Shown: positions 16,614-25,636 of the stretch, in pieces | Layout of the letters: every line of letters starts with the position of its first letter | Position numbering within the stretch: the stretch's first letter is position 1 | NCBI GenBank assembly: GCA_965203635.1 | Contig: OZ241903.1 | Location: forward strand, 2,690,918-2,754,917 | Source: Candidatus Aldehydirespirator sp. | GTDB lineage: Bacteria > Actinomycetota > Acidimicrobiia > Acidimicrobiales > Aldehydirespiratoraceae | Length of the DNA stretch: 64,000 nucleotides | Reading direction: 5' to 3' | Notes under the pieces: model-generated | The model's database searches: none | Told to the model about the DNA's origin: nothing | Seen by the model: the letters and a program-made list of their open reading frames with translations, nothing else | Program-made: the position numbers and the translations under genes

Positions 16614-17540
16614 CTACGCGGCGTCGAAGATCTTTGCGCTGGCTTGGATGTGGTCGGCTGAGGTGGCTTCGTCGTTCATGGGGAGCATGAAGATGTCGAA
16701 GCAGTCGCGGAGTTCGCCGATCTGGGCCGAGACTTCGGCTGGGGTGCCGGCCACGCCGTAGCGGTCCACTAGGGCGTCGGGCAGCAGCTCGGCCGCCTTG
16801 TCCATGCGTCCGGCCAGCATCAGGCGGCGGACCTCGGCGGTGGTGGCGTCGTCCAGGCCGTCGGCCTCCCTCACATCGGCGGGCGCGTCCACGGCCATGT
16901 AGGAGAAGTGGGGCAGGACCCGGCGGCGTTCGGTGTCGTTGTAGGCCAGATAGGCCGACCAGGCGATCCTGGCGGAGCCCGAGCTCCTGATCCGTTCGGC
17001 GGCGGCCGGGAGGTGAGCCGGGGGCGCGGCCGACAGGATCACGCAGTCGGAGTGCTCGGCCGCGAGGCGCTGGACCCTGGGGCCGCGCCCGGCCACTGCG
17101 ATGGGCATGGGCCGGTCGGGGCGGTACCACGGGAGGGACGCCTCCCCTACCGTCTCTCCCGCCAGCAGGCGCCGGTTGAGTTCGAACGTCTCCCGCAGAG
17201 CCGTGAAGGGACGTTCCGGGTCCATCCCGAGCGGCTGGAGCACCCGGCTGCCGCCCACGCCCAATCCGTGCATCACCCGGCCCGGTGCCAGCTCGGCGAG
17301 GGTGGCGATGGCCGCCGCGGTGGCCACCGGATGGCGGCTGAAGGGGTTGGTGATGGCCGGCGCCACAGTGAGGCCGGTGGCCTCGACGATGGCCGTCAGC
17401 GCGACGTACACGTCTCGTTCGGTGCCCTCGTCGGCCACGAAGCACATCTCGGCTCCCAGCGACTCGCCCAGGCGGGCCAGTTCGACCAGGCGGCGAACCG
17501 GCTGGGTCGGCTCGAACCAGACTCCCCAGGGGACACTCAC
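16614..17540 (-). CDS. Luciferase-like (LLM class, probably F420-dependent) oxidoreductase
   Basis: VSVPWGVWFEPTQPVRRLVELARLGESLGAEMCFVADEG..., ITNPFSRHPVATA, and a C-terminal GTPAEVSAQIGEL. GTG 17540 overlaps the pgsA-like stop (GTGA). The upstream 210 aa of the ORF-track model are a shadow over pgsA. Confidence 0.8.
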   Translation of the reverse strand: MSVPWGVWFEPTQPVRRLVELARLGESLGAEMCFVADEGTERDVYVALTAIVEATGLTVAPAITNPFSRHPVATAAAIATLAELAPGRVMHGLGVGGSRVLQPLGMDPERPFTALRETFELNRRLLAGETVGEASLPWYRPDRPMPIAVAGRGPRVQRLAAEHSDCVILSAAPPAHLPAAAERIRSSGSARIAWSAYLAYNDTERRRVLPHFSYMAVDAPADVREADGLDDATTAEVRRLMLAGRMDKAAELLPDALVDRYGVAGTPAEVSAQIGELRDCFDIFMLPMNDEATSADHIQASAKIFDAA

Positions 17541-18139
17541 GAGGCTTGCTCCTCCCGCTCGGCCCGTCCCTGGCGCAGGGACTCGCGGCCCAGCGGTATG
17601 TACTGGATTGCGGACAGGTAGCTGTACACCAGCGAGGGAACCGCGCACACCCAGCCCGCGATCCGGAAGCCCTCGGCGACGCCCAGATCGGAGGCGCCGG
17701 CCAGCAGCAGCGGGAAGCAGAAGTACAGGCCGAAGGTGGCGCACTTGCCCCACCAGGTCACGTCGATCGGCTTGGCCCCCAACGACAGGAGCACCAGCCC
17801 GACGACGGCGACGATCCCCTCCCGGGCCAGGGTGAGGATCACCAGCCACCACGGCACCGAGCCGTCGATGCCGACCGCGAAGACTCCGACGAGCAGCACG
17901 GCCCGGTCGGTGATGGGGTCGAGCATCTTGCCGACCTTGCTGACCGAGTTGAAGCGGCGGGCCCACCAGCCGTCCACCCAGTCGGTGGCGCCGAGCGCTC
18001 CCCACAGCAGCGCCGCCCCCCAGCGGTCCCCGGAGCTGAACAGCAGCCACAGGAACCAGGGAATGCAGGCCAGCCGGGCCGCCGAGATCAGGTTGGGGAC
18101 GGTGAGGATCCGGTCCTCGCCGGTGCTCGGGTCGGCCAT
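17537..18139 (-). CDS. CDP-alcohol phosphatidyltransferase (PgsA-like)
   Basis: Complete signature DWVDGWWARRFNSVSKVGKMLDPITD (D-x2-DG-x2-AR-x8-G-x3-D-x3-D) within several TM helices. Confidence 0.85.
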   Translation of the reverse strand: MADPSTGEDRILTVPNLISAARLACIPWFLWLLFSSGDRWGAALLWGALGATDWVDGWWARRFNSVSKVGKMLDPITDRAVLLVGVFAVGIDGSVPWWLVILTLAREGIVAVVGLVLLSLGAKPIDVTWWGKCATFGLYFCFPLLLAGASDLGVAEGFRIAGWVCAVPSLVYSYLSAIQYIPLGRESLRQGRAEREEQAS

Positions 18140-18163
18140 GGGTCTTCAGCCTACGATCAGGGG

Positions 18164-18568
18164 ATGCCCACAATCTTCACCCGGATCATCGACGGAGAGA
18201 TACCCGGCCGGTTCGTCTGGCGCGACGACACCTGCGTCGCGTTCATGGACGTGCGGCCCCTCAACCGGGGCCACGTGCTGGTGGTGCCCAGAGCGGAGGT
18301 CGACCACTGGGTGGACCTCGACGGCGACACCGTGGCCCATCTGATGGCGGTGGCCCATCGGGTGGCTGAAGCCCAGCAGGCCGCCGGGCTCGCTCCGGAC
18401 CGGGTGGGCCTGATGATCGCCGGCTTCGAGGTGCCCCACGTGCACGTCCACGTCGTGCCCATCTCGACCATGGCCCATCTCGACTTCTCGAGTGCCGACA
18501 CCAACCCTGACCCCGACGACCTGGACGCGGTCGCCGCCCTGCTCCAGGCCGAATTGGCCGGAGACTGA
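18164..18568 (+). CDS. HIT family nucleotide hydrolase
   Basis: MPTIFTRIIDGEIPGRFVW... and the histidine triad VPHVHVHVVP. Confidence 0.9.
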   Translation: MPTIFTRIIDGEIPGRFVWRDDTCVAFMDVRPLNRGHVLVVPRAEVDHWVDLDGDTVAHLMAVAHRVAEAQQAAGLAPDRVGLMIAGFEVPHVHVHVVPISTMAHLDFSSADTNPDPDDLDAVAALLQAELAGD

Positions 18569-18588
18569 CGGCACACCCCCCGCTTCAG

Positions 18589-18640
18589 CGAAATTGATGC
18601 CGATAATGGGCCTCAGCGGGCCGAATCCGCATCAATTTCG
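18589..18640 (+). repeat. Family B palindromic intergenic element (about 52 nt)
   Basis: CGAAATTGATGCCGATAATGGGCCTCAGCGGGCCGAATCCGCATCAATTTCG has outer arms GAAATTGATGC/GCATCAATTTC and lies between convergent genes. Confidence 0.85.
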
Positions 18641-18646
18641 GGGGGA

Positions 18647-19369
18647 TCAGCTGCTGAAGATGTCGAGCGGTTCGGCCGGCTCGATGAGGTGGGCGCCGTT
18701 GTTGCGGGCGCTGTTCACCTCGGTCGACACCGGGTGCATCCGGATCAGGCCCGGCGGCGCGGGGACGAGCAGGCTGGTCGCGGCCCCGGCATCGCGGTTG
18801 GCGGGGTCCAGCCAGAGGTCCCAGGCGCCGGGCGGCAGCACCACCGGCATCCGGTCGTGCACTTTGGCCATGGCCTCGTTGGCCTCGCAGGTGATGATGG
18901 TGCACGAGTGCAGTTCGAAGGGCTCGCCGTCGTCGCCGGGGTTGTCCTTGTCGCGCCACTGCTCCCACAGGCCCGCGAAGGCGAAGGGCTCGCCGTCGGG
19001 ACGGCTGATGAACATGGGCTGCTTGTGCTTGGAGCCCTCCAGGCGGCGCCATTCGTAGAAGCCGTCGGCCGGGATGATGCAGCGCCGGCGGGTGAGGGCC
19101 ACCCTGAAGGCGTTCTTGGTGGCCACCGTCTCGGCCCGGGCGTTGATCATCCGGTTGCCGATCTTGGGGTCCTTGGCCCAGAACGGCACCAGCCCCCAGT
19201 GCAGCGCGTCGAGGCTGCGGGCCCCGTCCCGCTCACGCACGGCGTACACGGTCTGGGTCGGCGCGACGTTGTGGTTGGGCGCAAGAGTCAGGTCGGGGGA
19301 TGGGGCCGCGGCACCGAAGTACTTGGCCAACTCGTCGGGCGGGGTGGCCGCCACATAACGCCCGCACAT
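18647..19369 (-). CDS. SOS response-associated peptidase (SRAP/YedK family, abasic-site processing)
   Basis: N-terminal MCGRY with catalytic Cys2, NVAPTQ, HWGLVPFWAKD and PADGFYEW. Confidence 0.9.
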   Translation of the reverse strand: MCGRYVAATPPDELAKYFGAAAPSPDLTLAPNHNVAPTQTVYAVRERDGARSLDALHWGLVPFWAKDPKIGNRMINARAETVATKNAFRVALTRRRCIIPADGFYEWRRLEGSKHKQPMFISRPDGEPFAFAGLWEQWRDKDNPGDDGEPFELHSCTIITCEANEAMAKVHDRMPVVLPPGAWDLWLDPANRDAGAATSLLVPAPPGLIRMHPVSTEVNSARNNGAHLIEPAEPLDIFSS

Positions 19370-19380
19370 GGGACCGGAAG

Positions 19381-20451
19381 CTAGCTGGGCCGCGGCGGAG
19401 CGATCCGGTCGAGGGCCTCGACGGCCTCGACCACGATGCGGTCGATCAGCTCGGCGCACGTGGGCAGGTCGTCGACGACGCCCACGCACTGGCCGGTGGG
19501 CAGGACGCCGGCATCGACATCGCCGTCCACCATGGTGGCTCGGGTGAGCATGGGGGCGTTGGCCGCCATCGCCATCTGGCTCCAGGTCAGTCCCTGGCTG
19601 CGGCGCATGGCCAGCCCCTCTCGCAGCATCTCCGGGACCGACATGCCGGTGACGCCCCGGAACCGCCAGGCGTTGGCCAAGGCCCGCACCATCCGGGTGA
19701 GTCGGGCCGACTCCAGCGATTCGACCAGGCGGGTGCGGATCACCCGCTGCGGCTTGCCGTCGATGCTGCTCGACACCACGGTTCCGGTGACCGGCGTGCC
19801 GAGGTAGACCGCCTTGACCGTGTCGGGCACCTTCGACTCGGCGGTGAGCAGGAAGCGGGTGCCCATGGCCACACCGTCGGCGCCCCACGCCAGGGCCGCG
19901 GCCAGGCCCCGCCCGTCGTGGAAGCCGCCCGCGGCGATCACCGGCACATCCACCGCGTCGAGCACCTGGGGCAGCAGCAGGGAAGTGGGGATTGAGCCGG
20001 TGTGGCCGCCGCCTTCCCCGCCCTGGCACAGGATGACGTCCGCACCGAGTTCGGCCATCTTGGTGGCGTGCCGGCGGGCGCCCACCGTCGGCATGACCAG
20101 CACACCGCCGTCCCGCAGCCGCTGCACCACATGAGCCGGAGGGGGACCGGCGAAGCTGGCCACCCGCACGCCCGCGTCCACCAGGCGGTCCGCCCGGGCG
20201 TCCAGGTCGGCGGCGTCGGGGCGCAGGTTCACCCCGAAGGGCTGATCGGTGCGGGACCGGACCTCGCCGATGGCGGCGTCCATCTCGTCGAGGGTCATGG
20301 TGGCCGAGGCCAGGATCCCGAGTCCGCCCGCTTCGGCAGTGCCGGTCACCAGCGACGGGCCGGCCACCCATCCCATCCCGGTCTGCACGATCGGGTAGTC
20401 GACCCCGAACAGCTCCGTGACCTGGGTCCGGAGCCGCTGGTCGACACTCAC
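19381..20451 (-). CDS. Nitronate monooxygenase / FMN-dependent enoyl reductase-like (NMO family)
   Basis: YPIVQTGMGWVAGPSLV, QGGEGGGHTG, PVIAAGGFHDGRGLAAALAWGADGVAMGTRF. Confidence 0.85.
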   Translation of the reverse strand: MSVDQRLRTQVTELFGVDYPIVQTGMGWVAGPSLVTGTAEAGGLGILASATMTLDEMDAAIGEVRSRTDQPFGVNLRPDAADLDARADRLVDAGVRVASFAGPPPAHVVQRLRDGGVLVMPTVGARRHATKMAELGADVILCQGGEGGGHTGSIPTSLLLPQVLDAVDVPVIAAGGFHDGRGLAAALAWGADGVAMGTRFLLTAESKVPDTVKAVYLGTPVTGTVVSSSIDGKPQRVIRTRLVESLESARLTRMVRALANAWRFRGVTGMSVPEMLREGLAMRRSQGLTWSQMAMAANAPMLTRATMVDGDVDAGVLPTGQCVGVVDDLPTCAELIDRIVVEAVEALDRIAPPRPS

Positions 20452-20575
20452 GGCTGCACCCTACCGGCCGCTCCCGATCGCCTCGGCTGGCTCGCGCCGC
20501 CGTCCCCGGCGTCGTGCGGCCCGCCTATCCTGCGGATGCCTCTACAAACGGTGCGCACGGAAGGGGGTGGACGCG

Positions 20576-21610
20576 ATGGCCCGAAGGCTCACAGAGTTCA
20601 GCCACGGCGCTGGTTGAGCCTGCAAGATCGCTCCCGGCGATCTCGCGCGCGTGGTGCGCGACCTGACCCCTGATCCCCCGCCTGAGCTGGTTGTCGGCCT
20701 GGCCACCGGCGACGACGCCGCGGTGTGGCGGATCGCCCGCGGGCGGGCCCTGGTGTTCACCGCCGACTTCATCACGCCGGTGGTGGACGACGCGCGCACC
20801 TGGGGCCGCATCGCGGCCACCAACGCGGTGTCCGACGTGTACGCCATGGGCGGGCGGCCCCTGCTGGCGCTGAACCTGGTGGCCTGGAACTCCGAGGAGC
20901 TGTCCAACGACCTGCTCGCCGAGGTGCTGGCCGGCGGCGAGGACGCCGCCCGGGCCGGCGGTTTCGTGGTGGGCGGCGGCCACACGGTCGACGATCCCGA
21001 GCCGAAGTACGGGATGGCCGTGGTGGGCGAGGTCGACCCGCGGCGCATGCTCACCAACACCGGTCTGCGGCCCGGCAACGCGCTGGTGCTCACCAAGCCG
21101 CTGGGCTCGGGGGTGATCTCGACCGCCATCAAGCGGGATGAAGCCCACGCCGAGGTGGTGGATCGAGCTGTCGCGGAGATGACCCGGTCCAACGCCACCG
21201 CGGCCACGGCCGCGATGCGTCACGGCGCCACCGCCGCCACCGACGTCACCGGGTTCGGCCTGCTGGGCCACGGCCTGCGCATGGCCCAGGAGTCGGGTGT
21301 CGACCTGGAGATCTCGGTGGGCGAGGTTCCGATAATCGCGGGCGCCCGGGGGCTGGCCGCTCTGGGCGTGGTCCCCGGCGGCACCCAGCGCAACCTCGAC
21401 TGGGTGTCGCCTCATCTCGATACCGGTGACGCAAGCGACTCGTCGGTGACTCTGCTGGCCGACGCTCAGACCTCGGGAGGGCTGCTGTTGGGAATGGTCA
21501 GCCGCGACGCCGGCCTGGCCGTCGTCACCGAGCTGAGGTTCGCCGGCCACGAGGCCGCCATCATCGGCGAGGTCACCGAGGGCTCCGGCCGCATCCGCCT
21601 CCAACCCTGA
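20576..21610 (+). CDS. selD: Selenide, water dikinase (selenophosphate synthetase) with an in-frame TGA read as selenocysteine
   Basis: ATG 20576 gives MARRLTEFSHGAG, then TGA (20615..20617), then ACKIAPGDLARVV. This runs in-frame into ORF 20651..21610 (GDDAAVW, RIAATNAVSDVYAMGG, TDVTGFGLLGH, QTSGGLL). The TGA aligns with the catalytic Cys of the E. coli SelD SHGAGCGCK loop. Confidence 0.9.
20625..20643 (+). promoter_or_regulatory. SECIS-like hairpin downstream of the selD UGA
   Basis: AGATCGC-TCCCG-GCGATCT is a perfect 7-bp stem with a 5-nt loop, starting 8 nt after the UGA. Confidence 0.5.
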
Positions 21611-21633
21611 TGGCGGCGGCCCCGACGCTCGGC

Positions 21634-21686
21634 CCAAATTGAGGGCGATATTGGGCCTCTACGGGCAGAATCGGCATCAATTTCGG
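21634..21686 (+). repeat. Family B palindromic intergenic element
   Basis: CCAAATTGAGGGCGATATTGGGCCTCTACGGGCAGAATCGGCATCAATTTCGG lies between convergent selD and the aldolase gene. Confidence 0.85.
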
Positions 21687-21724
21687 ACGGCCTGGCCGCG
21701 GAGAGGACCGCGGGTCAGTCGAGG

Positions 21725-22528
21725 TCAGTCGAGGAGGTCGGGCTGCTCGCGGGCTATCTCGGTGTAGAGGGGCTGGAACGTGAACCACATGGCCAGGCCC
21801 GAGCCGACCATGGAATAGGTGTGGCGGGCGACTTCGTCACCGATGTCGATCGGGTCGCCGGCGGCCTCGGCCAGCAGCTGGGAATGGCAGGCCCGGTCCA
21901 TGGCCACGAACGCGCCCGCTGCCGCGTCCACCGAGGCGCCCACCGTCAGCAGGCCGTGGTTCTGGAGGATGGCGGCCTTGCAGTCGCCCAGCGCGGCCGC
22001 GATGCGCTTGCCCTCGTCCAGCTCCATCACCACGCCGCTGTAGCCGTCGAAGATGACGTGGTCGTCGTAGAAGGCGCAGGCGTCCTGGGTCAGCGGCCGC
22101 AGCGGCCGTCCCAGCGCGGAGAACGACTTGCCGTGCATCGAGTGGCTGTGGGCCGCGGCCACCACGTCGGGGCGGGCCGCGTGGATCTGGGAGTGGATGG
22201 CGAAAGCGGCGCCGTTGAGGAGCGCGCCCTCACCGTCGACCATGTTGCCGTCGGAGTCCACCCGGATCAGGCTCGAGGCCGTGATGTGGGAGAACGGCAC
22301 GCCCCACGGGTTGACCCAGAACGTCTCGGGATCCTCGGGATCGCGCACAGTGACGTGGCCGGCCGCGCCCACCGCGCCGTCCTCGAACCCGAGCTTGGCG
22401 AAGATCCGGTAGGTGGCGGCCAGGCGCTGCTTGCGGTGCAGCCGCTCCTCCTCCACCGTGTCGAAGGTGGGCAGGTACCACAGCGAGTCCCGATCGGGTC
22501 CGCTGCCTTCGTTCTGCTCGGAGCTCAT
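21725..22528 (-). CDS. Class II aldolase/adducin family protein
   Basis: GHVTVRDPEDPETFWVNP, IHSQIHAARPDVVAAAHSHS (metal His cluster), LQNHGLLTVG. Confidence 0.85.
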   Translation of the reverse strand: MSSEQNEGSGPDRDSLWYLPTFDTVEEERLHRKQRLAATYRIFAKLGFEDGAVGAAGHVTVRDPEDPETFWVNPWGVPFSHITASSLIRVDSDGNMVDGEGALLNGAAFAIHSQIHAARPDVVAAAHSHSMHGKSFSALGRPLRPLTQDACAFYDDHVIFDGYSGVVMELDEGKRIAAALGDCKAAILQNHGLLTVGASVDAAAGAFVAMDRACHSQLLAEAAGDPIDIGDEVARHTYSMVGSGLAMWFTFQPLYTEIAREQPDLLD

Positions 22529-22589
22529 GGCCGGATGGTAGCCCCGGCCGGTCGGCGGTTCCCCGGGGGTCGGGCAGAGACGGAGACGG

Positions 22590-23708
22590 TCAGCGGTTCG
22601 GTAGGGGTCGGGCCACGGTCCGGGTGGTGAACACGCCGACGGCGGCCGCGAGCATCAGCCCGCTGCCGACGATGCCGAGCACAGTGGCTCCCGCGGTGTC
22701 GAGGAGCAGGCCGCCCAGCAGCGGCCCTCCGGCGCGGCCTGCTGCCATCAGCGCCTGGGCGTCGCCGACCCGCTCCTCGGGGTAGCGGGACCGGCTGGCC
22801 AGCACCTCGAACACGCCCGGTATCGCGGCCCAGAAGAAGAACCCCCACACCACCAGGGCAGTCAGGAACAGCCATCGGTAGTCGGTGGTGGCCACCACGA
22901 TCGCGCAGACCGCGGTCGCGGCCATCCACGGGCTCGGGATGCGTCGGATGGCCCTGATGCGGGACGCGGGGATCGCCACCACCGCGTTGAGGCTGAACCC
23001 GGCCGCGACGAGCGCGACCGACAGCCCCGGGTCACCCGTTCCCAGCACCACCGCGTAGATGAAGACCGCAGATCCGCCCAGGGTGAACAGGCCCAGGCAG
23101 ACCAGCAGCACCCGAGCTGCGGTGACCGCCCGGTGGCGCACCCTGTCCCTGGGGAGTTCTGCCACCTCGCTGCGGTAGCCGAACGCCAGCGGGACCAGCG
23201 ACACCGCGGCCAGTCCGGCGAACACGAGCCGGGGTCCGCCCGCTTCCAGCAGCACCGACACCAGGGGTGCGGCGATCACCCCGACCACGGGCCCGGCCAC
23301 GGCCACGTCGCCCATGCGGCGGTCGTCGCCGAAGGCCTGCACCCAGCCGTACCAGGCCAGCAGGCCCAGAGCGACGCCGCTGACGAGGCGCAGCGGCACC
23401 AGCAGAGCGAAGGCGGGCAGGGCCGCGGAGGCGAGGTTGGCGGCCGATGCGGCCAGCAGCGCAGTCACGAAGACCCGGTCTCTGGGCTGGAGCCATCGTC
23501 CGGCGCCCCAGGAGGCGATCACGAACCCGCCCAGCTGGAACACACCGATCATCGATGCCACACCGAGGCTTATGCCGTAATGGGCTGCGATCTCGGGCAG
23601 CAGGAACGGCGTGGACACGAAGGCCAGCACGCTGAAGCCGACCGCGAGCAGGATCCCGACCTTGACGGTGGGTCGCAGCAGGTAGACGAGCCGAACCGGA
23701 CTTTGCAC
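22590..23708 (-). CDS. MFS transporter
   Basis: About 12 predicted hydrophobic helices, with a GAGRWLQPRDR-type loop between TM2 and TM3. Confidence 0.8.
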   Translation of the reverse strand: MQSPVRLVYLLRPTVKVGILLAVGFSVLAFVSTPFLLPEIAAHYGISLGVASMIGVFQLGGFVIASWGAGRWLQPRDRVFVTALLAASAANLASAALPAFALLVPLRLVSGVALGLLAWYGWVQAFGDDRRMGDVAVAGPVVGVIAAPLVSVLLEAGGPRLVFAGLAAVSLVPLAFGYRSEVAELPRDRVRHRAVTAARVLLVCLGLFTLGGSAVFIYAVVLGTGDPGLSVALVAAGFSLNAVVAIPASRIRAIRRIPSPWMAATAVCAIVVATTDYRWLFLTALVVWGFFFWAAIPGVFEVLASRSRYPEERVGDAQALMAAGRAGGPLLGGLLLDTAGATVLGIVGSGLMLAAAVGVFTTRTVARPLPNR

Positions 23709-23847
23709 CAGTCGAAGCTACCGTCGCGGGTCCGGACGACTCGTGTTGCGCCGGGTGACATCGGCCACACAGCGCCGCTCGGACTCTGTGCGGCCGCGAT
23801 GGTGCGAGACTGGCCGAACCAGGAGTCGTGCCTACAGGAGAGTGGCG

Positions 23848-24765
23848 ATGTCTCAGCGGCTGTGCGAGGGGCAGGTGGCGCTCGTCACCGGCGCCAGCAA
23901 GGGAGGCACGGGCACCGCCATAGCACTGCGCCTGGCCGCCGAGGGAGCCAGGGTGGCGATCACGGCCCGCAGCGTCGACGGCCTGAACGACACGCAGTCA
24001 CGCATCCGCGAGCTGGGCGGCGAGTGCCTGGTGCTGCCGTCGGATCTGAGCGACCCTCGGGGGGCCCGGACGGAGCTGGTGGAGCGGACCGAGGCCGCGC
24101 TCGGCCCAGTCGACGTCCTGGTCAACAACGCCGCGGCCGGCGGTTACGGCGCTTTCGAGTCGGTCGGTCCCGAGCGCCTGGAGCGGGCCCTTCAGGTGAA
24201 CCTGTGGGCGCCGTGGGAGCTGATGGCTGAGGTTGTCGGCGGGATGCGCGACCGGGGCCGGGGGGCGATCGTGAACATCACGACGTTCTCGGCCGAGTTC
24301 CCGCCGGGTCCGCCGTTCCCGACCAACAAGCCGTCGAAGGCCGGCGCCATGTACGGGGCGAGCAAGGCCGCCCTGAACCGGCTCACCGTGTCGGTGGCCA
24401 GCGAGTGCGAGGGCCAGGGCATCGCCGTGAACGCGCTGGCTCCCCAGGGGGCTATCGCCACCCCCGCGCTGGTGGCCGCGGGATGGGTCGAAGGCGTGAT
24501 GTTCGAGCCGTTGGAGACGATGGCCGAGGCGACGCTGGCGTTGTGCACGGCTGATCCTGCGGTGCTCACCGGGCGGATCGCGTTCAGCCTGCAGCTGCTG
24601 GTGGAATTGCAGCGCCCGGTGCTCGACCTGTGGGGTGAGGATCTGGTGGAGGGCTGGCAGCCCGAGGATCTTCCCGGCATCATCGCTCGCCAGGAGGAGA
24701 GCCTCGCCGGCCGAGGCTGGCCCAACGCCTACCACTTCGGCCGGAGCCACAGCCCTAGGCCATGA
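23848..24765 (+). CDS. SDR family oxidoreductase with a C-terminal extension
   Basis: VALVTGASKGGTGTAIA, NNAA, YGASKAAL. The start is taken at MSQRLCEG. Confidence 0.85.
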   Translation: MSQRLCEGQVALVTGASKGGTGTAIALRLAAEGARVAITARSVDGLNDTQSRIRELGGECLVLPSDLSDPRGARTELVERTEAALGPVDVLVNNAAAGGYGAFESVGPERLERALQVNLWAPWELMAEVVGGMRDRGRGAIVNITTFSAEFPPGPPFPTNKPSKAGAMYGASKAALNRLTVSVASECEGQGIAVNALAPQGAIATPALVAAGWVEGVMFEPLETMAEATLALCTADPAVLTGRIAFSLQLLVELQRPVLDLWGEDLVEGWQPEDLPGIIARQEESLAGRGWPNAYHFGRSHSPRP

Positions 24766-24796
24766 TGGTCACTAGACGTTGCTGCAGAGGAGTCGC

Positions 24797-25534
24797 ATGT
24801 TCGAGCTGAGTGGGCGCACCGCCTTGGTGACCGGCGCCGGCAAGAACATCGGTGCCGGCATCGCCCGCGGCCTGGCCGCCCAGGGTGCCCATGTCGTCGT
24901 CAACGACTACTTCGCCGACCGGGCCCAGGCAACGGCCGACGAGATCCTGGCGACGGGCGGGAGCGCGGTTCCCAGCGTCTTCGACGTGACCGACCTGGAC
25001 GCGGTCACGGAGGCCGTGACCGGGATAGGCACCGTCGACATTCTGGTGAACAATGCCGGTCTGGCCGGCCCGACCGACATGAAGGCCGAACAGTTCTGCG
25101 ACATGGACCCGGCCGACTGGCGGGCCCCGGTGGACGTGAACCTCTACGGGGTCATGAACTGCTGCCACGCCGTGATCGACGGCATGTGCGAGCGGGGTTG
25201 GGGCCGCATCATCACCATCTCGTCGGCCGCGGGAACCCACGGCGTGCACATCGGGGTGGCGCCCTACAGCGCGGGCAAGGGCGGCGGGCTTGCCTTCACC
25301 CGCACGCTGGCGCTGGAAGTGGCCCGCTTCGGCGTGACCGCCAACACGCTGGCGCTAGGGCTCTTCGAGCGCAAGAACCACGAGATCACCGAGCGCTTCG
25401 CTAGGGCGATCCCGGTGGGCCGCACGGGTAGGCCCTCCGACGTGGCCGCAGCCTGCGTGTGGCTCGCCTCTGACGAGGCGGAGTGGGTCACCGCCCAGAC
25501 GATCGGCATCAACGGCGGCTCACTGACCAGCTGA
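24797..25534 (+). CDS. SDR family oxidoreductase (FabG-like)
   Basis: TALVTGAGKNIGAGIA, NNAG, YSAGKGG, and a C-terminal QTIGINGG. Confidence 0.9.
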   Translation: MFELSGRTALVTGAGKNIGAGIARGLAAQGAHVVVNDYFADRAQATADEILATGGSAVPSVFDVTDLDAVTEAVTGIGTVDILVNNAGLAGPTDMKAEQFCDMDPADWRAPVDVNLYGVMNCCHAVIDGMCERGWGRIITISSAAGTHGVHIGVAPYSAGKGGGLAFTRTLALEVARFGVTANTLALGLFERKNHEITERFARAIPVGRTGRPSDVAAACVWLASDEAEWVTAQTIGINGGSLTS

Positions 25535-25636
25535 CCGCGAGAAGGGAGCGGCTATGAGACTCGAGCCGGTGACCTCGACGAGGGAATCAGCAGGCAACGG
25601 GCCAACCGCGAGAAGGGAGCGGCCATGAGACTCGAG
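25534..25636 (+). repeat. 32-nt direct duplication of the RBS and start codon of the next SDR gene (71-nt period), creating a 24-codon uORF
   Basis: ACCGCGAGAAGGGAGCGGC(T/C)ATGAGACTCGAG occurs at 25534..25565 and 25605..25636. The uORF 25554..25628 (MRLEPVTSTRESAGNGPTARRERP) ends in a TGA that overlaps ATG 25625. Confidence 0.8.

Noticed and set aside
20417-20617. 66-aa ORF as an independent small gene
   Set aside because: Its last 13 codons are the conserved N-terminus of SelD, and its stop is the in-frame TGA read as selenocysteine. It has been merged into selD starting at ATG 20576.
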